Source: a virus
Strand: one strand, 5' to 3'
DNA: 64,000 bases
IMG/VR virus record: IMGVR_UViG_3300006750_000006
Span: 3,446 to 67,445 of that record
Shown here: positions 9,401 to 19,830 of the stretch, one piece after another
How positions within the stretch are numbered: position 1 is the first letter of the stretch
Layout of the letters: every line of letters begins with the position of its first letter
The notes under the pieces: generated by a model
Seen by the model: only the letters and a program-made list of their open reading frames with translations
What the model was told of the DNA's origin: nothing
Databases searched by the model: none
Position numbers and translations under genes: made by a program

Positions 9401-12400
9401 TCGACGAACTACAAAATGCCTTAGGTTCTATTGGCACTGTGGGAGATTTGCCACTTTCTGATGTGGGTGACTGGGCTAAAGATATTTTAAGTAATAATAA
9501 TCTCTCCCCAAGCCAAATTTGTGCTCTACTGAAAGGCAATGCCTCTAATTCAACATTAAAAGATTGTCTAGAAGCAACCAAATTAAACAATCCAGAAATG
9601 TATGAAAATGGCATTGAAAGTAGCGCAGAAATACGCACTTTATTTAGAACAATAGGCGAACATATTAACTTAGATATATGTGATGCAATTGGAACAACCC
9701 TACCTTCAGTTGCAGATGCTTGCGGTGTTTCATATAATTACGATGCTCGGTGTGCAGAACTTCAAATGGCCGGCCTAACAAAAGAAGAGTGTGATAAACA
9801 AATTAAAAAAGAACTGGAGGATTTAAAAAATAAAATACTTGCACTTTCTGGCTGGCTTTTTCCAAATTCGAATCCGCTAGACGGTATTTTATCAGATAAG
9901 TGCGGCCCCCAAGGGCTGTTTATTTTACCGCCGGCCATCAAAGATAGTATGGCATGGTTGACAGATGAAATATTAACTTATATAAAATATAGTTTACTTG
10001 AGGATTTACAATCACTTAAATTCTTTTCGCTACCTCCACGCGCTGTAATGGCAGCTGCGGATCCAGGTGAGATGGAGGCCGCAGCCCAAGCTATAACTGA
10101 TCAAGTTCAAGAAGAGCCATATCACGCTTTGGCCTTGGCTTATATTGGCGGAGGGGACCAAGACGGCAGTGGTGGTTATAAAACAGCTGAGAATGATTAT
10201 CACATGTGTTACAGTGCTACTCGTCATTACCTCCCTCGGGAGGCAGATCTAAAAGAGGAATTTGAAAGTTTTTCAGTTGGCAACGCCAACGGTCCAAAAG
10301 GCAAACCCGACTTGCGCGATCATAGGATGTTTGAACCGTTGGTATTTAATGATTTCGATCCTGGTAGCGGTTTTCAATTTAAAGAGCTGATGAACAACTT
10401 TTTTCCTAATGACGTTAAGGTGGAAATTAGAAAGATAGCTGTTGATCTTGGCCTCAGCGATTTTGAAAAGGATACAACAGATCTTACTGTTCTTGGCAAT
10501 GACACCGAAACATTATATAACACATGGCAGGAATGGAAAAGAGCTACGGAATTATTAGAACAACAGATGCAAGCCTTTATTGATAACGATCAAACTCTTT
10601 TAGACCAAATTGCCGAAGAGTTAGATACTGTAGGCGAAGTCGTCCTCGTCGCCGCCCAGGCTATACTGGCTTATTTTTACCCTGCTCCTTTGCTTGGCTT
10701 AATAGCTGATTTTTGGGCCGTAATAGAGGGAGGTTGGAATGATTTTCGAGCGGAGGTCGACCCCGCCTTCAAGCGCCGCCAGCAAGCTCGTGAAAAGAAT
10801 GAACGTATTAGGATTGCAGAAGAGGAAATGGTACCAAGAATTTCGGAAATGCAAGCCTTGACAACTGTTACAAGAATAGATTATGAAAATTCGGATGCAC
10901 AACTTGATATTGCAGAGGCAGATTATGAAACTTTAGTGAATCAGATTGGTGCTGAAATTAAAGTGCGCGTCAATAAGATGCCGATGCCGATGAATATAGA
11001 GAAGTTATTTTTTACAGCAAATCTGTTTTTACTTTGGACCGGATCCAACCGAGGCTTCCTTTTGGATGAAGAACATCAAGTCGCTTCCGAACGTTACGGT
11101 GGCTATGCACCCTTTGGCATAGATTATAGCGTGCTCTGGCCGGATCCATCTCCGGGAGATGCAGGAGCTGAATCAAATATGAACTTGGCGGCCACCAGGC
11201 CGTTCTCGCACATCCCCGACGCCCACGGTGATATGGTGATATATTACCCCTTGGATAGAAAATTACGAGATATACACGAGCTAAGGCCCACGTGGAGACA
11301 CATGCTAAGGATGTTTACTGGGGTAAAAGAACCAACAACTGTCTTCAATTGTACCGGCGAAGATGCTGTTTGTTCCTGGAACGTAAAGCCAGGCTCTTTA
11401 TCAACTAATTTAAGCCCGGGCATAAATTATTTGGCAAATTTAGCTGATGCCGATTCACAAGTAATTCCGAACGATATTATTGAAGCTTTTATGAACTTAA
11501 CTTTTGGCGAAGCTACAGGCTTGACAAGAAGAAGATTGAGGGCTATGTACCCTAAATTTGCTAGTTCAGATGCCATAGAAGGTGTGATTTGTCAAAAAAG
11601 TACTTATAAGTTTAAAGAACTAACAAATGTTTATCTTGATGTAACAATATTAGATGAAGAACTGGCAGTATCAATCATTGCAGAAGATCTCGATTCGTGG
11701 GTTGCTCCTGGCTACGAGGACTGGTCGTTGGCACTGCTCGTCTTCATGCAAGCCCTAGGCTGGTCAGATAAAAAAATCGCACGCAACAACGTCCTCCCCA
11801 CCGTTAAACTCGGCACCTGGCCACTAGCCTTGATGGATATACTTGTCGACGCCGGCGCCATAAGATATGAAACTAGAACCACATCGGTTGAATTTGATGA
11901 TGATTTGGGTAATTTTTTAGGCTATGCCCCGGTATTTGCAGTGTTCAAAAAATATGTTAGGGATCCTGACAACCCATGGGAGCAAGATGCAAAAGGCTTG
12001 GCTCATGCAACCAGCCTAGAGGGCAGAAAAGTAAATATAGAACTATATGATAGTTTAGTAGATAGTTCTATATTCCCGGAACTTTTTGATAGAAAGATTT
12101 CTTCTAATATAGCTGGGTCGATAGAAACAACCGCCATCATGATGGCCCCCGGCGGAACTTATTCAAACTTTAATCCAAATTATTTAAAATATGATCTTCC
12201 TTTTACTGAAATCATATCTTCTGATCAGAATGCTCGGAGACAAGTAGAAGAAGTACTTAATTTGTTTAAAAATTCAAGTAGTCAAGCAATCGCGACAGCT
12301 CTCGATGGTATACAATCTGTTAGTTTAAACAACATTTTATTATATCAAAATATGTTGGCGCCCCTAGAGAACACAAACGAAATTCAAAAGAACGGCCTAA

Positions 12401-15400
12401 AGGATGTTTCGAAGCTGATTAAAGGTAAAATTTCCCCTGATCACCCTCCGACATATAACGGGGCTATAGAGTCAGATTCTTGGGTCTCAGATGGAATTTA
12501 TAATTTTAATTTTCAAACTGGCTATGCTCCCGATATTCAAAATTTGTTGTCTGATATAGGATTAAATTCTTCAAACGATATTTCAGATTTGTTATCAGCT
12601 AATAAAATTGTTAACACGGTGGAGCATAATTCAAAGGCTGTGATATTTGGTCGACTTTTGACACATAAATTAAAAAAACTTTTAGAAAAATATCCCAATG
12701 AGGAGGATACAACATCTTCTGACGTGACAAAAGAAGAAGTTTTGAGACATGTTTCAAGAAATCTTTCTGACACAGGGTACGCGTCTCTGCAATTCGCATA
12801 TTCAAACCAAATGTTTGTTAAACTGAAAAATTCGAGATTGCATTATAGAAAGTTTTTAAGAAAATTATGGAAAAAAATACTTAAAAGTCCACTGGTCAGC
12901 CAAGATCTTAATTCAAAATGCCAGCAGACATTTAACTATATTACAAGTCCGGATAAAAAAACAGAAACAGATTTCTTTGACTTGGAAAAAGTTAAACCAA
13001 AGATAATGGACTTTTATGAAAATTCAGTCTGTCGCGACGTATATGATAAAGCGCCAGAGGGCCATAATGCAGTTAAAGATTCTTTAATCGGGGGTTGCAT
13101 ACTTCTATTGATAAAAGTATATACATTGGAAATGTGCCTGGCCAGCGTTATTAGTTGGGATAGTTTTGATATTGGCGATATTTTTAAAGATCGTGCCATG
13201 GTAAAGGTTGTTGTGGCAAACATTAAGCAAGATATAACAAATTTTGAAAAATTTACGGAATATTCTAATGATATTGTTAAAAAATTGGAAAATTTAGAAG
13301 ATTATGAATCTTATATGTTAGCAAGTCAGGCTAGCTCGATTGAATATCTTATAAAAAAAGAAAGTGAAGATATCTCTGCGACTATTAAATCATTGTTTCT
13401 CAATAGCAGCCCACTTAGTACGGATTTGGATTTAGATATAACACTATCTTCTGACGAAAAAGAACACTGGGATTCAGATGAGAAAATATTATATAAATTC
13501 ATGAAAGAAGCGGGCCATGAATACGTTGTTGACGCCAAGTTTACAAATAATATTTATACTATGAATTATGGTTGGGATATGAATTTGGTACCCGGTCGCT
13601 TTACTTCTCCCCAGAAGATGGAAAATGATATATATACCGGTCTTTGGGTGGCTAACAGCGGAATTGATTTGTTTGGTATGAGTAAATCAGATGTACAACA
13701 AAAATTACATCTTCATTCCCTGCCTATGACTTTTCATGAAAATGGGGAATTACATGCTGTTACATGGCCAAATAAGTGGGAAATATATGATCCATATAAC
13801 CCCAACGTTCCAACAAAAGAATATATAGATTATGCAAGTGATTATTATAATTCGGCGGAAAGAATAAACGAAGTTTCAAAACACAACCAAAATTGTTATG
13901 AGATGTTGTTTACAAACGAAATTAATTCTAAATTAGGCAATATCACATTTCAGCCTTACGTAAAAATTGTTGATACACAAACAAGCGATTTAGAGGGATT
14001 GGTGGCCAAAGATTATATTTTTGCAGAAACTCCATCCGGCGAGCCATGTGAAGACACCCCGCAAGCAACATCCCATACTATGTTAAAAGACTTACCTTTA
14101 CCATTCTTGGGTTACTATAGGAATGAGAACAATGTATTTGGATGTAAAATTTATGATTATGTGCCTTTGGATGTTTGGTCATATTTTTATACTCATGTGT
14201 TCTTGAAAAAAATCATGGATGTTCCAGAATATAAGATGATATATGAACAATATGGTATCAAACCATTTTTCAAGGAAATAAAATTTGGAATTCGCATGGT
14301 TTATTCCAGAAAGGACTATTCTATTGATATTGGTGATAAAATAAAAGAATTGGTCGGAAGCAACAATCTCAAGAAAGCTAAAGCAATTTATAATTTTAGA
14401 AGAGAAGTATCCACTACTCAGACTAAAACATATAAAACTCACCCATCTACAACTGCATCGCCGGGCCCGGATGTTGTACAAGCTGTTGTAACTGACGGAG
14501 AAGTGGTATATTTGAATCCGGATGTAAATCTTTCATCTGTCTGGGGCGCTGCAGCCGGCGGCCCCGAAGCAAAATTATGGTATGTTAAACAATTAGAAGA
14601 ATTATCTAAGTCTCACGAGGGTCAAAACTGGCCTTCGATAGTAAAAGAAACAACTGATGCTATTAATTTAGCACCAGAATTGCAAATACCTATTGTTGAA
14701 GTTGAAAGACATCTTGATTTTCATCATAATCCTCATGGTTTTTCAATAGGTGGTTTCTCTGGCGTAAGTCAAAATCGTCCTGGTAATTTTTTCTCATATG
14801 ACGAGTTGGGATATTTAGCCTCAGATCCCATGTATATTGGCTCTAATACTAGCGTTTCAGACCTACAATCAGATGCATATGCAGATACAATAAAAGGAGT
14901 AATCAATAATCCAGCCCAATTCTTTTATAAGAGAATTGCCAAAGATTTGCTTGCTGAATTAAAACAAACACCAGAATTTAGATTGATGTTTGAACATTTA
15001 TTTCCAATGCATAGATATATGTCTTTGGCTTTCCTATATTCTGGTGATGGCTTATCTAAGTTTATTCCTGAACCGACAGACGTTTTAGACGAAACAAAAG
15101 AAGCTATTCTTACCACAATTCAATCATTATTCGAATCTGATAATTTTGTATATGATTCTACTGTTGGGGAAAGTATGCTTGAGGCCTCACTGATGCGAGG
15201 TTCTCTCGGGACAAGAGGCAACTCACCTGACACAACAAAGATGTTGTTGAAGATAATTTTTATGACACCTTTGTTGATATTGAAAGGGCTGGTAGAGCTT
15301 ATAGATCCTGCTATTTCAATATCAAAGAAAATTATCGATCTTGCTGCAACCATTGCAGCTACGATTATTAGTGGAATAGAACAGGGTATTCGAGCTGCCA

Positions 15401-16053
15401 TAACTGTTGCGGAACAAGATAAAATATCTGCTGAATTTGCGGTCAGCCAAGCAGAAGTTAACGCACAAATTGCATCAGACCCTGCCAAGATTCAGTGGAA
15501 ATTAATTAGTCCAACTGATAGAGCAGCTGCTTATGGGAATACTACTTTAAATCTTGATGGTCCTATCAAGGGCTGGGAGTTTCCAAATGATGCTAGCGTT
15601 GAAGTCGACCCAGAGACCGGTGAACAAATTGCGCAACAGCAAGGTGATGTAGAGATTTCACAAGACTTCTTAAATGCGCTAGCTGATGTACAAGATAAAT
15701 ATAGTGAGTGGCAAGATGCAGGCCTTGAGGTGAGATCAGTTGATATTCTTCTTAATGGTGATCCCAATGATCCGAAGTCGATAGGCCTCAAGGGCGATCT
15801 AAATGAAACCTTAAAACAAGCTAAAGAGATTACTGATGCAGCTTTTAGCTCTCCCTACGCTCTCCCATCGTTGTGGGCTTCTTTGGTTCCCTCAACAATA
15901 CCATTTTTTGGTGGCTTATCCCCGATGGGAGGTCCACCCAGTACTATTCCTGGCATGATTTATCTTGCTTTATTGTTTTTAGATATGTACGAAGAAAAAC
16001 AACATGATGATGGTCAACTTAGTGAGGAAGAAGATTGTGATGAACAATTATAA
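6454..16053 (+). CDS. Giant (3199 aa) putative virion protein with several hydrophobic segments
   Basis: Uninterrupted 9.6 kb ORF between the spike and gp25 genes. Helical and Cys-containing, with several TM-like stretches. Function not recognisable. Confidence 0.6.
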   Translation: MASHIIKNLNKPNKSKKRSSPFLPVRYSPSENNPKLELGWDDENFLLINNEGKLVNPEKEDCDGIELPPEVEVEVIEIVNSLTGIWYGFVFTSNDVPTEKINSWTADETKVLYARPHYFEKTDSAPDILISNNLTKKEASDAESGLLEGAKLIAPDSNLNWKKLEKYDVRLAYYNFNKHNRKNIPEDLLIIDASTIEQNPTFRYSEGLYYFIAEDGKRKTAEELGVEGDAEESQETAKSEEAAVSAGSIKTEAFETLLRYLNKDISSSNHNVLIRTLLKNRYFVNVSEHVTTNSSNPKNQKILFAISANYIDGLPSSDLKYGSEFDPNHEDDAPFAKGRDYAFFIKLKDLRGQVDDLVESFEQIKSKVEEFRQSGGKIKNPNNIDFDVEQQIEALKEFPDIIDEFLERQADALVTNSDVISRAAAQGTNTDDDHIIQIGLKDNNVIGGNVRETISYILFSPDNKYLSNIDNISLYELDPWLTKEEASGAKESKRSGIDLRNGLNWLRSKFIGTQGTRTLHYLMAQKSIIGFNELASSDVKLNEWMKFLQNFSAPPFLIQLTRDKRREEEAGDYDCVELIEGFLEREKSGEPLTAKENNEQQKILKNPKCAEAWRKAKQKDTSSADSSLSKKGLLGTSKVVKGVSKSAGEQNLKLLYTGLLHNLDPQALLSLLMACIQSRLGIPLTAEALCEAAITKLIEDAGIQEFTNTIIEAFPELEVELGEAIVELKLTNTTVNEDGERADINFDGAPIAAALFSRDDDLDAANSVREMEQSGVSIDLTPGTFTDAATGGSKPYAEIDINAATRNFLELGFTEEETNALLVKDGYLEPSQVQYQSNSDNRIFSETEDSYDNSPYGKVQNAGKFVQYLKSRIGLHALCEGIVGPLLEMPGGFLSDPGGFIKQLRPPSLSIPKIALPDSLATEDMIGDFGDQLLSALLGMIASMLGQILGLLLEELISACFEEDTDLGRTGNSNNLTSVPIPFDELQNALGSIGTVGDLPLSDVGDWAKDILSNNNLSPSQICALLKGNASNSTLKDCLEATKLNNPEMYENGIESSAEIRTLFRTIGEHINLDICDAIGTTLPSVADACGVSYNYDARCAELQMAGLTKEECDKQIKKELEDLKNKILALSGWLFPNSNPLDGILSDKCGPQGLFILPPAIKDSMAWLTDEILTYIKYSLLEDLQSLKFFSLPPRAVMAAADPGEMEAAAQAITDQVQEEPYHALALAYIGGGDQDGSGGYKTAENDYHMCYSATRHYLPREADLKEEFESFSVGNANGPKGKPDLRDHRMFEPLVFNDFDPGSGFQFKELMNNFFPNDVKVEIRKIAVDLGLSDFEKDTTDLTVLGNDTETLYNTWQEWKRATELLEQQMQAFIDNDQTLLDQIAEELDTVGEVVLVAAQAILAYFYPAPLLGLIADFWAVIEGGWNDFRAEVDPAFKRRQQAREKNERIRIAEEEMVPRISEMQALTTVTRIDYENSDAQLDIAEADYETLVNQIGAEIKVRVNKMPMPMNIEKLFFTANLFLLWTGSNRGFLLDEEHQVASERYGGYAPFGIDYSVLWPDPSPGDAGAESNMNLAATRPFSHIPDAHGDMVIYYPLDRKLRDIHELRPTWRHMLRMFTGVKEPTTVFNCTGEDAVCSWNVKPGSLSTNLSPGINYLANLADADSQVIPNDIIEAFMNLTFGEATGLTRRRLRAMYPKFASSDAIEGVICQKSTYKFKELTNVYLDVTILDEELAVSIIAEDLDSWVAPGYEDWSLALLVFMQALGWSDKKIARNNVLPTVKLGTWPLALMDILVDAGAIRYETRTTSVEFDDDLGNFLGYAPVFAVFKKYVRDPDNPWEQDAKGLAHATSLEGRKVNIELYDSLVDSSIFPELFDRKISSNIAGSIETTAIMMAPGGTYSNFNPNYLKYDLPFTEIISSDQNARRQVEEVLNLFKNSSSQAIATALDGIQSVSLNNILLYQNMLAPLENTNEIQKNGLKDVSKLIKGKISPDHPPTYNGAIESDSWVSDGIYNFNFQTGYAPDIQNLLSDIGLNSSNDISDLLSANKIVNTVEHNSKAVIFGRLLTHKLKKLLEKYPNEEDTTSSDVTKEEVLRHVSRNLSDTGYASLQFAYSNQMFVKLKNSRLHYRKFLRKLWKKILKSPLVSQDLNSKCQQTFNYITSPDKKTETDFFDLEKVKPKIMDFYENSVCRDVYDKAPEGHNAVKDSLIGGCILLLIKVYTLEMCLASVISWDSFDIGDIFKDRAMVKVVVANIKQDITNFEKFTEYSNDIVKKLENLEDYESYMLASQASSIEYLIKKESEDISATIKSLFLNSSPLSTDLDLDITLSSDEKEHWDSDEKILYKFMKEAGHEYVVDAKFTNNIYTMNYGWDMNLVPGRFTSPQKMENDIYTGLWVANSGIDLFGMSKSDVQQKLHLHSLPMTFHENGELHAVTWPNKWEIYDPYNPNVPTKEYIDYASDYYNSAERINEVSKHNQNCYEMLFTNEINSKLGNITFQPYVKIVDTQTSDLEGLVAKDYIFAETPSGEPCEDTPQATSHTMLKDLPLPFLGYYRNENNVFGCKIYDYVPLDVWSYFYTHVFLKKIMDVPEYKMIYEQYGIKPFFKEIKFGIRMVYSRKDYSIDIGDKIKELVGSNNLKKAKAIYNFRREVSTTQTKTYKTHPSTTASPGPDVVQAVVTDGEVVYLNPDVNLSSVWGAAAGGPEAKLWYVKQLEELSKSHEGQNWPSIVKETTDAINLAPELQIPIVEVERHLDFHHNPHGFSIGGFSGVSQNRPGNFFSYDELGYLASDPMYIGSNTSVSDLQSDAYADTIKGVINNPAQFFYKRIAKDLLAELKQTPEFRLMFEHLFPMHRYMSLAFLYSGDGLSKFIPEPTDVLDETKEAILTTIQSLFESDNFVYDSTVGESMLEASLMRGSLGTRGNSPDTTKMLLKIIFMTPLLILKGLVELIDPAISISKKIIDLAATIAATIISGIEQGIRAAITVAEQDKISAEFAVSQAEVNAQIASDPAKIQWKLISPTDRAAAYGNTTLNLDGPIKGWEFPNDASVEVDPETGEQIAQQQGDVEISQDFLNALADVQDKYSEWQDAGLEVRSVDILLNGDPNDPKSIGLKGDLNETLKQAKEITDAAFSSPYALPSLWASLVPSTIPFFGGLSPMGGPPSTIPGMIYLALLFLDMYEEKQHDDGQLSEEEDCDEQL

Positions 16054-16069
16054 GTTTCATTTTGCGTTA

Positions 16070-16077
16070 CTATTTAT
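16070..16077 (+). promoter_or_regulatory. Putative late promoter motif CTATTTAT
   Basis: Intergenic, 26 nt before the gp25 start. The same motif recurs before other structural genes. Confidence 0.6.
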
Positions 16078-16103
16078 GTTAATAGATTGTAGGAATTTTT
16101 AAT

Positions 16104-16487
16104 ATGAATGGAATCGGACCCCAATTGCCGCTTGCTCGTGATAGTAAAAGTGGTGCTTATTCTTTAGTAACTTTATACAAGAATGAAGTAAAACAAAATT
16201 TAAAAAATTTGATGTTAACTTCTCCTGGCGAACGCGTTATGTTGCCTGATTTTGGGGTTGGTTTGAGACATTTTCTTTTCGAGCCAGAAAAAGGATTGGC
16301 GTCGGAAATAAAAAGTAGAATATTTTCTCAAGTTGGAAAATATATGCCATTTGTAAAAATTAAGAATGTAAAATTTAAACCGGCTAGAGAGAATCGTAGT
16401 AATCCTAATATGTTATCAATTATAATTGAATATAATATTCCGAGTTTGAATTCGAATTCAACTTTGATATTGAACGGCCCAGCATAG
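16104..16487 (+). CDS. Baseplate wedge subunit, gp25/GPW family
   Basis: VKQNLKNLMLTSPGERVMLPDFGVGLRHFLFEP is the canonical gp25 signature. Confidence 0.92.
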   Translation: MNGIGPQLPLARDSKSGAYSLVTLYKNEVKQNLKNLMLTSPGERVMLPDFGVGLRHFLFEPEKGLASEIKSRIFSQVGKYMPFVKIKNVKFKPARENRSNPNMLSIIIEYNIPSLNSNSTLILNGPA

Positions 16488-16508
16488 AATTAATAGGAAA
16501 TATAAATA

Positions 16509-18305
16509 ATGGCTAAAGATAGCAAAAAACTTATTAGATACACAAATCGCGATTTTAAAACGATTAAAGAGGGCTTGGTAGAATATACAAAAAGATATTA
16601 TCCAAGTGTTTTTAAAGATTTTTCTGAAGCCAGCTTTGGTTCAATGATGCTTGATACTGTGGCGTATGTTGGGGATGTTCTTTCGTTTTATTTAGATTAC
16701 CAGGTAAATGAGTCTTTCTTGGATACAGCAGTAGAATATAATAATGTAGTACGTCTAGGGGAACAGGCTGGCTATAGAGAAATGCTTAGATCAAATTCTT
16801 TTGGTCTGGTTACGCTTTATGTTCTGGTTCCAACGGACCCGAATGGTACTGGCCCAGACATAAATTATTTACCTATTTTAGTAAAGGACACTAAATTTAC
16901 TTCTAAATCTGGCCAGGTTTTCACTTTGCTTGATAACGTCGATTTCGCCAATTCTGATAATGAGGTAGTTGTTGCCACAAGCGATACAACCACTGGCGTC
17001 CCAACTGCTTTTGCTGTTAAATCTTATGGAAGAATTGTGTCTGGTGAAATGAAACAAGAAACTATTAATGTTGGAGATTTTAAAAGATTTTTAACTGTAT
17101 CATTGGCGGATCCAAACATAACAGAAATAGTTTCAGTAACCGATACCGAGGGTCATGAATATTTTGAAGTCGACTATCTTTCACAGGACACAATTTTTAG
17201 AACAGTAATTAACAAGGATCCAGATACGAGAGATAATGTACCTAGTATCATTGTTGCTGCCTCTGTTCCGCGCCGATTCACCGTTTCGAGCCGCGCCGGC
17301 CAAACTTCTTTGAAATTTGGATATGGCTCCGAATCTTCTTTAAAAACAGATAATATAACTCACCCCTCTAATGTAGTGTTAAAAATGCATGGTAGAGATT
17401 ACGAGACCGAATCTTCATTTGACCCGTCCAAATTATTAGAAACTGATAAATTTGGAGTCGCGCCAGCAAATACTGCTTTGAGAATTACTTTCAGAACTAA
17501 TTCTTCTTCAAACGCCAATGTAGCTACAAAATCAGTTACTAATGTGGCTAGCCCGATATTTATTTTTAGTGAAAATGCTACTAATCAAAATAAAATTAAT
17601 TTTGTCAGGGGTGGGTTGGAAGTAACAAATGAAGATCCTATTACTGGAGATGTTTCGCTTCCCTCTCTTGGGGAACTTAAACAGAGAGTTAATGACGTCT
17701 TTGCTACACAGAATAGAGCAGTGACAACCGAGGACTATGAAGCCATTGTTTACAGGATACCACCAAAATTTGGGAAAGTTAAAAGGGCAAAAATTATTCG
17801 TGATGTTGATTCCTTTAAAAGAAACTTGAATTTATATTTGCTCACAGAAGATTCAGATCAAAATTTGATAGTTTGTAGCCAAATATTAAAAAACAATATT
17901 AAAACTTGGCTAAACCACTTCAAGATGATCAATGATACTATTGATATACTTGATGCAAAAGTTATTAATATAGGTATAAAATTTGTTGCTGTTACCAATT
18001 ATGATCAAGATAAGTTTGAAGCTCTTAATGAATCTATAAAAGCAATTCAAAAAGAATTTGTGCAAAAGCTCGACCTCGGCCAACCAATCTATATTACAAA
18101 AATATATGATATATTAAATGAGCTTGATGAGGTTGTTGATGTCACGAATGTCCAAATAGAACACAAAGTCGGAGGCTTGTATTCTGATTTTTCATATGAT
18201 ATAAATGAAAACATTTCAGCCGACGGCCGTATATTATATGCACCTGAAAATGTAGTTTATGAATTAAAATATCCGAATCTCGATATTAAGGGAACTATTA
18301 AGTAA
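16509..18305 (+). CDS. Baseplate wedge subunit, T4 gp6 / baseplate J-like
   Basis: YTNRDFKTIK..DFSEASFGSMMLD..AYVGDVLSFYLDYQVNESFL, KFGYG, and QNRAVTTEDYE. Confidence 0.9.
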   Translation: MAKDSKKLIRYTNRDFKTIKEGLVEYTKRYYPSVFKDFSEASFGSMMLDTVAYVGDVLSFYLDYQVNESFLDTAVEYNNVVRLGEQAGYREMLRSNSFGLVTLYVLVPTDPNGTGPDINYLPILVKDTKFTSKSGQVFTLLDNVDFANSDNEVVVATSDTTTGVPTAFAVKSYGRIVSGEMKQETINVGDFKRFLTVSLADPNITEIVSVTDTEGHEYFEVDYLSQDTIFRTVINKDPDTRDNVPSIIVAASVPRRFTVSSRAGQTSLKFGYGSESSLKTDNITHPSNVVLKMHGRDYETESSFDPSKLLETDKFGVAPANTALRITFRTNSSSNANVATKSVTNVASPIFIFSENATNQNKINFVRGGLEVTNEDPITGDVSLPSLGELKQRVNDVFATQNRAVTTEDYEAIVYRIPPKFGKVKRAKIIRDVDSFKRNLNLYLLTEDSDQNLIVCSQILKNNIKTWLNHFKMINDTIDILDAKVINIGIKFVAVTNYDQDKFEALNESIKAIQKEFVQKLDLGQPIYITKIYDILNELDEVVDVTNVQIEHKVGGLYSDFSYDINENISADGRILYAPENVVYELKYPNLDIKGTIK

Positions 18306-19807
18306 TGGCGATTAAAAGATATAAAGCATCAAAAGATAACACCATAACCAATGCTTATAAATTAAATTTAAGTACACGCGGAACCGGTTCGAATATGGGA
18401 GCTTCTGATATTTTAGAAGTATTTTCGATATATGGCCAGCAGACAACTTCTTCAGCTGAACTCTCCCGTATACTACTTCAGTTCCCAGTTGATACAGTTT
18501 CAGCTGATCGTTTAGCAGGCATAATCCCAGCAGTAGGAAGCGCTAGTTTTTATTTAAGAATGTTTAACGCGCGACACTCTGAGCAGCTCCCAAAAGACTT
18601 TACTGTGAATGTGCTGGCAGTTTCACAATCCTGGCAAGAAGGATTTGGTCTTGATATGGAAAGCTACACTGATGAAACTGAAGATGCCATAGAGGGCTCG
18701 AACTGGGTAAATAGAGATTCAAATCCGGTTGCCACATGGGATCAAATTGGCGGAGATTACCACTCTTCTTCTTATCTTGCTGGTTCTACAATGCCAAACT
18801 ACACTTTTACTTTTAACAACGGCGATGAAAATCTTCTTCTTGATGTAACAACTGCAGTAGAGGAATGGCTAGATGGAACACAAGTTAATAATGGTTTTGG
18901 TATATTTTTAACTTCTAGTCAGGAGGCTCACACAACAGCCTCAGATAGTTCTGTGCTATTAAATGCCGAAGGGCAACAAACAAGTTTTTATACAAAACGA
19001 TTCTTTTCCAGATCAAGTGAATTTTTCTTTAAAGTGCCCGTATTAGAAGTACGTTGGGATTCTCGGGTGATGGACGATAGAGGAATATTCTATGCTAGTA
19101 GTTCTGTTGCCCCCGCAGTAGATAATTTAAATAATTTATATTTGTACAACTATATTCGTGGGTCTCTCAAGGATATACCCCACAGCGAAGATTTAATGGT
19201 TAGTTTGTATGCGTCATACAATGATGGCCCAACTGGAAGTTCTTTGATCACCCCGGTTACAGCATCGAAGGTTGATACTGGCATCTATAAGGCCCAATTA
19301 TCAGTCAATACTACTTCTTCTCTTATACATGACGTATGGTCTGGTAGCGCTGGGGGAGAATATAAAACTGGCTCAATATCCGTTAAGAGCTTTAATGATG
19401 TGTGTGTGCTTACTGCGAATGACTATCTGCAGCACACAACTAAGATCACTAATTTAAAACATTCATATGGTAAAGAAGAAAAGGCTAAACTTAGAGTATT
19501 CACCAGGCCTAGAAATTTTAGTCCAACAATTTATACTGTTGCTTCAACGGATATCCAGGGCTCTATAATTCCCAGTGCTTCATATGAAGTTATTAGAATG
19601 GCTGATGGTGAAACAATTTTTAATCATTCAACGGCCAGCGCTGATTATCATACTTATTTGTCTTATGACGAATCTGGAGGTTATTTTGATTTTGACATGT
19701 CTTTATTAGAGCCTGGCTATATGTATGCTTTTAAATTTGCTTATTTCTCCTCAGACGACTGGCGAGAACAGAAAGAATTATTTAAATTTAGAGTAGAGAG
19801 TAATTAA
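18305..19807 (+). CDS. Virion protein with a DNRLRE-like domain and a C-terminal Ig-like region
   Basis: SRILLQF..FYLRMF..AVSQSWQEG..GGDY..LDVTTAVEEWLDG..NNGFGI..FFSR..PVLEVRW. Overlaps the gp6 stop. Confidence 0.6.
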   Translation: MAIKRYKASKDNTITNAYKLNLSTRGTGSNMGASDILEVFSIYGQQTTSSAELSRILLQFPVDTVSADRLAGIIPAVGSASFYLRMFNARHSEQLPKDFTVNVLAVSQSWQEGFGLDMESYTDETEDAIEGSNWVNRDSNPVATWDQIGGDYHSSSYLAGSTMPNYTFTFNNGDENLLLDVTTAVEEWLDGTQVNNGFGIFLTSSQEAHTTASDSSVLLNAEGQQTSFYTKRFFSRSSEFFFKVPVLEVRWDSRVMDDRGIFYASSSVAPAVDNLNNLYLYNYIRGSLKDIPHSEDLMVSLYASYNDGPTGSSLITPVTASKVDTGIYKAQLSVNTTSSLIHDVWSGSAGGEYKTGSISVKSFNDVCVLTANDYLQHTTKITNLKHSYGKEEKAKLRVFTRPRNFSPTIYTVASTDIQGSIIPSASYEVIRMADGETIFNHSTASADYHTYLSYDESGGYFDFDMSLLEPGYMYAFKFAYFSSDDWREQKELFKFRVESN

Positions 19808-19830
19808 ATTACAAAGTTGGGATTGAAAAT

